Notes under the pieces: model-generated
Seen by the model: only the letters and a program-made list of their open reading frames with translations
Database searches by the model: none
What the model was told of the DNA's origin: nothing
Shown: one piece after another, positions 63,769-64,000 of the stretch
Layout: every line of letters starts with the position of its first letter
Numbering within the stretch: position 1 is the stretch's first letter
Position numbers and translations under genes: made by a program
Origin: Salinispira sp.
GTDB lineage: Bacteria > Spirochaetota > Spirochaetia > DSM-27196 > Salinispiraceae
Direction of reading: 5' to 3'
Assembly: GCA_965602015.1 (NCBI GenBank)
Contig: OZ271918.1
Coordinates: 3,744,001-3,808,000 of the forward strand
Length of the DNA: 64,000 bases

Positions 63769-64000
63769 ACCCCTCCGGGTAGTGTGTTTCGGCCGCATTC
63801 GGGTTGTAAATCGTAGTATTTTATGAATGTCGACTTCGAGAAGAGACGCGTCTTCGCGTTTTCTCGCCTGGAAGGAGTCGGAATCTCTTGTATCCGTATC
63901 CGAAAACGTCAGCATGGCCCTCATTGGTTAAAGAACATGTCCAGGCCAATTGTGTCGAAGTCTTTTGCTGAGTAACAGTATTAAGAGATTATAGAAAACC

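Noticed and set aside
63929..64000. 3' end of a minus-strand gene at the window edge
   Set aside because: Only ~23 open codons are visible; cannot be supported.

Overview
GC-rich bacterial chromosome segment. The lipoproteins, a giant surface protein with an FlgD-Ig tail, acidic proteins and an osmolyte cluster suggest a free-living, probably salt-adapted spirochaete (inference). Positions 1-11.6 kb hold the 3' part of a >3800-aa repeat-rich surface protein gene with a 1-bp frameshift. Housekeeping, signalling and metabolic genes follow: bcp, M48 peptidase, histidine kinase + REC-GGDEF, slyD, glgP, an RsbU/V/W-type module, a glucosylglycerate/mannosylglucosylglycerate cluster, metK-metF and manC-SLC13-cysQ-cysD-cysNC. 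There are two intact-looking IS elements, a 27-bp minisatellite and an MNT-HEPN TA pair. The most unusual region is 44.3-52.5 kb: two orphan RHS-toxin/immunity cassettes, each followed by the same ~0.9-kb unit. That unit is an attC-like hairpin with a non-canonical AAG/CTT core, then an antisense GxxExxY nuclease-family gene, then a structured leader ending in paired 11-bp direct repeats. No rRNA, tRNA or CRISPR array was recognised. All calls are by eye, without database searches.
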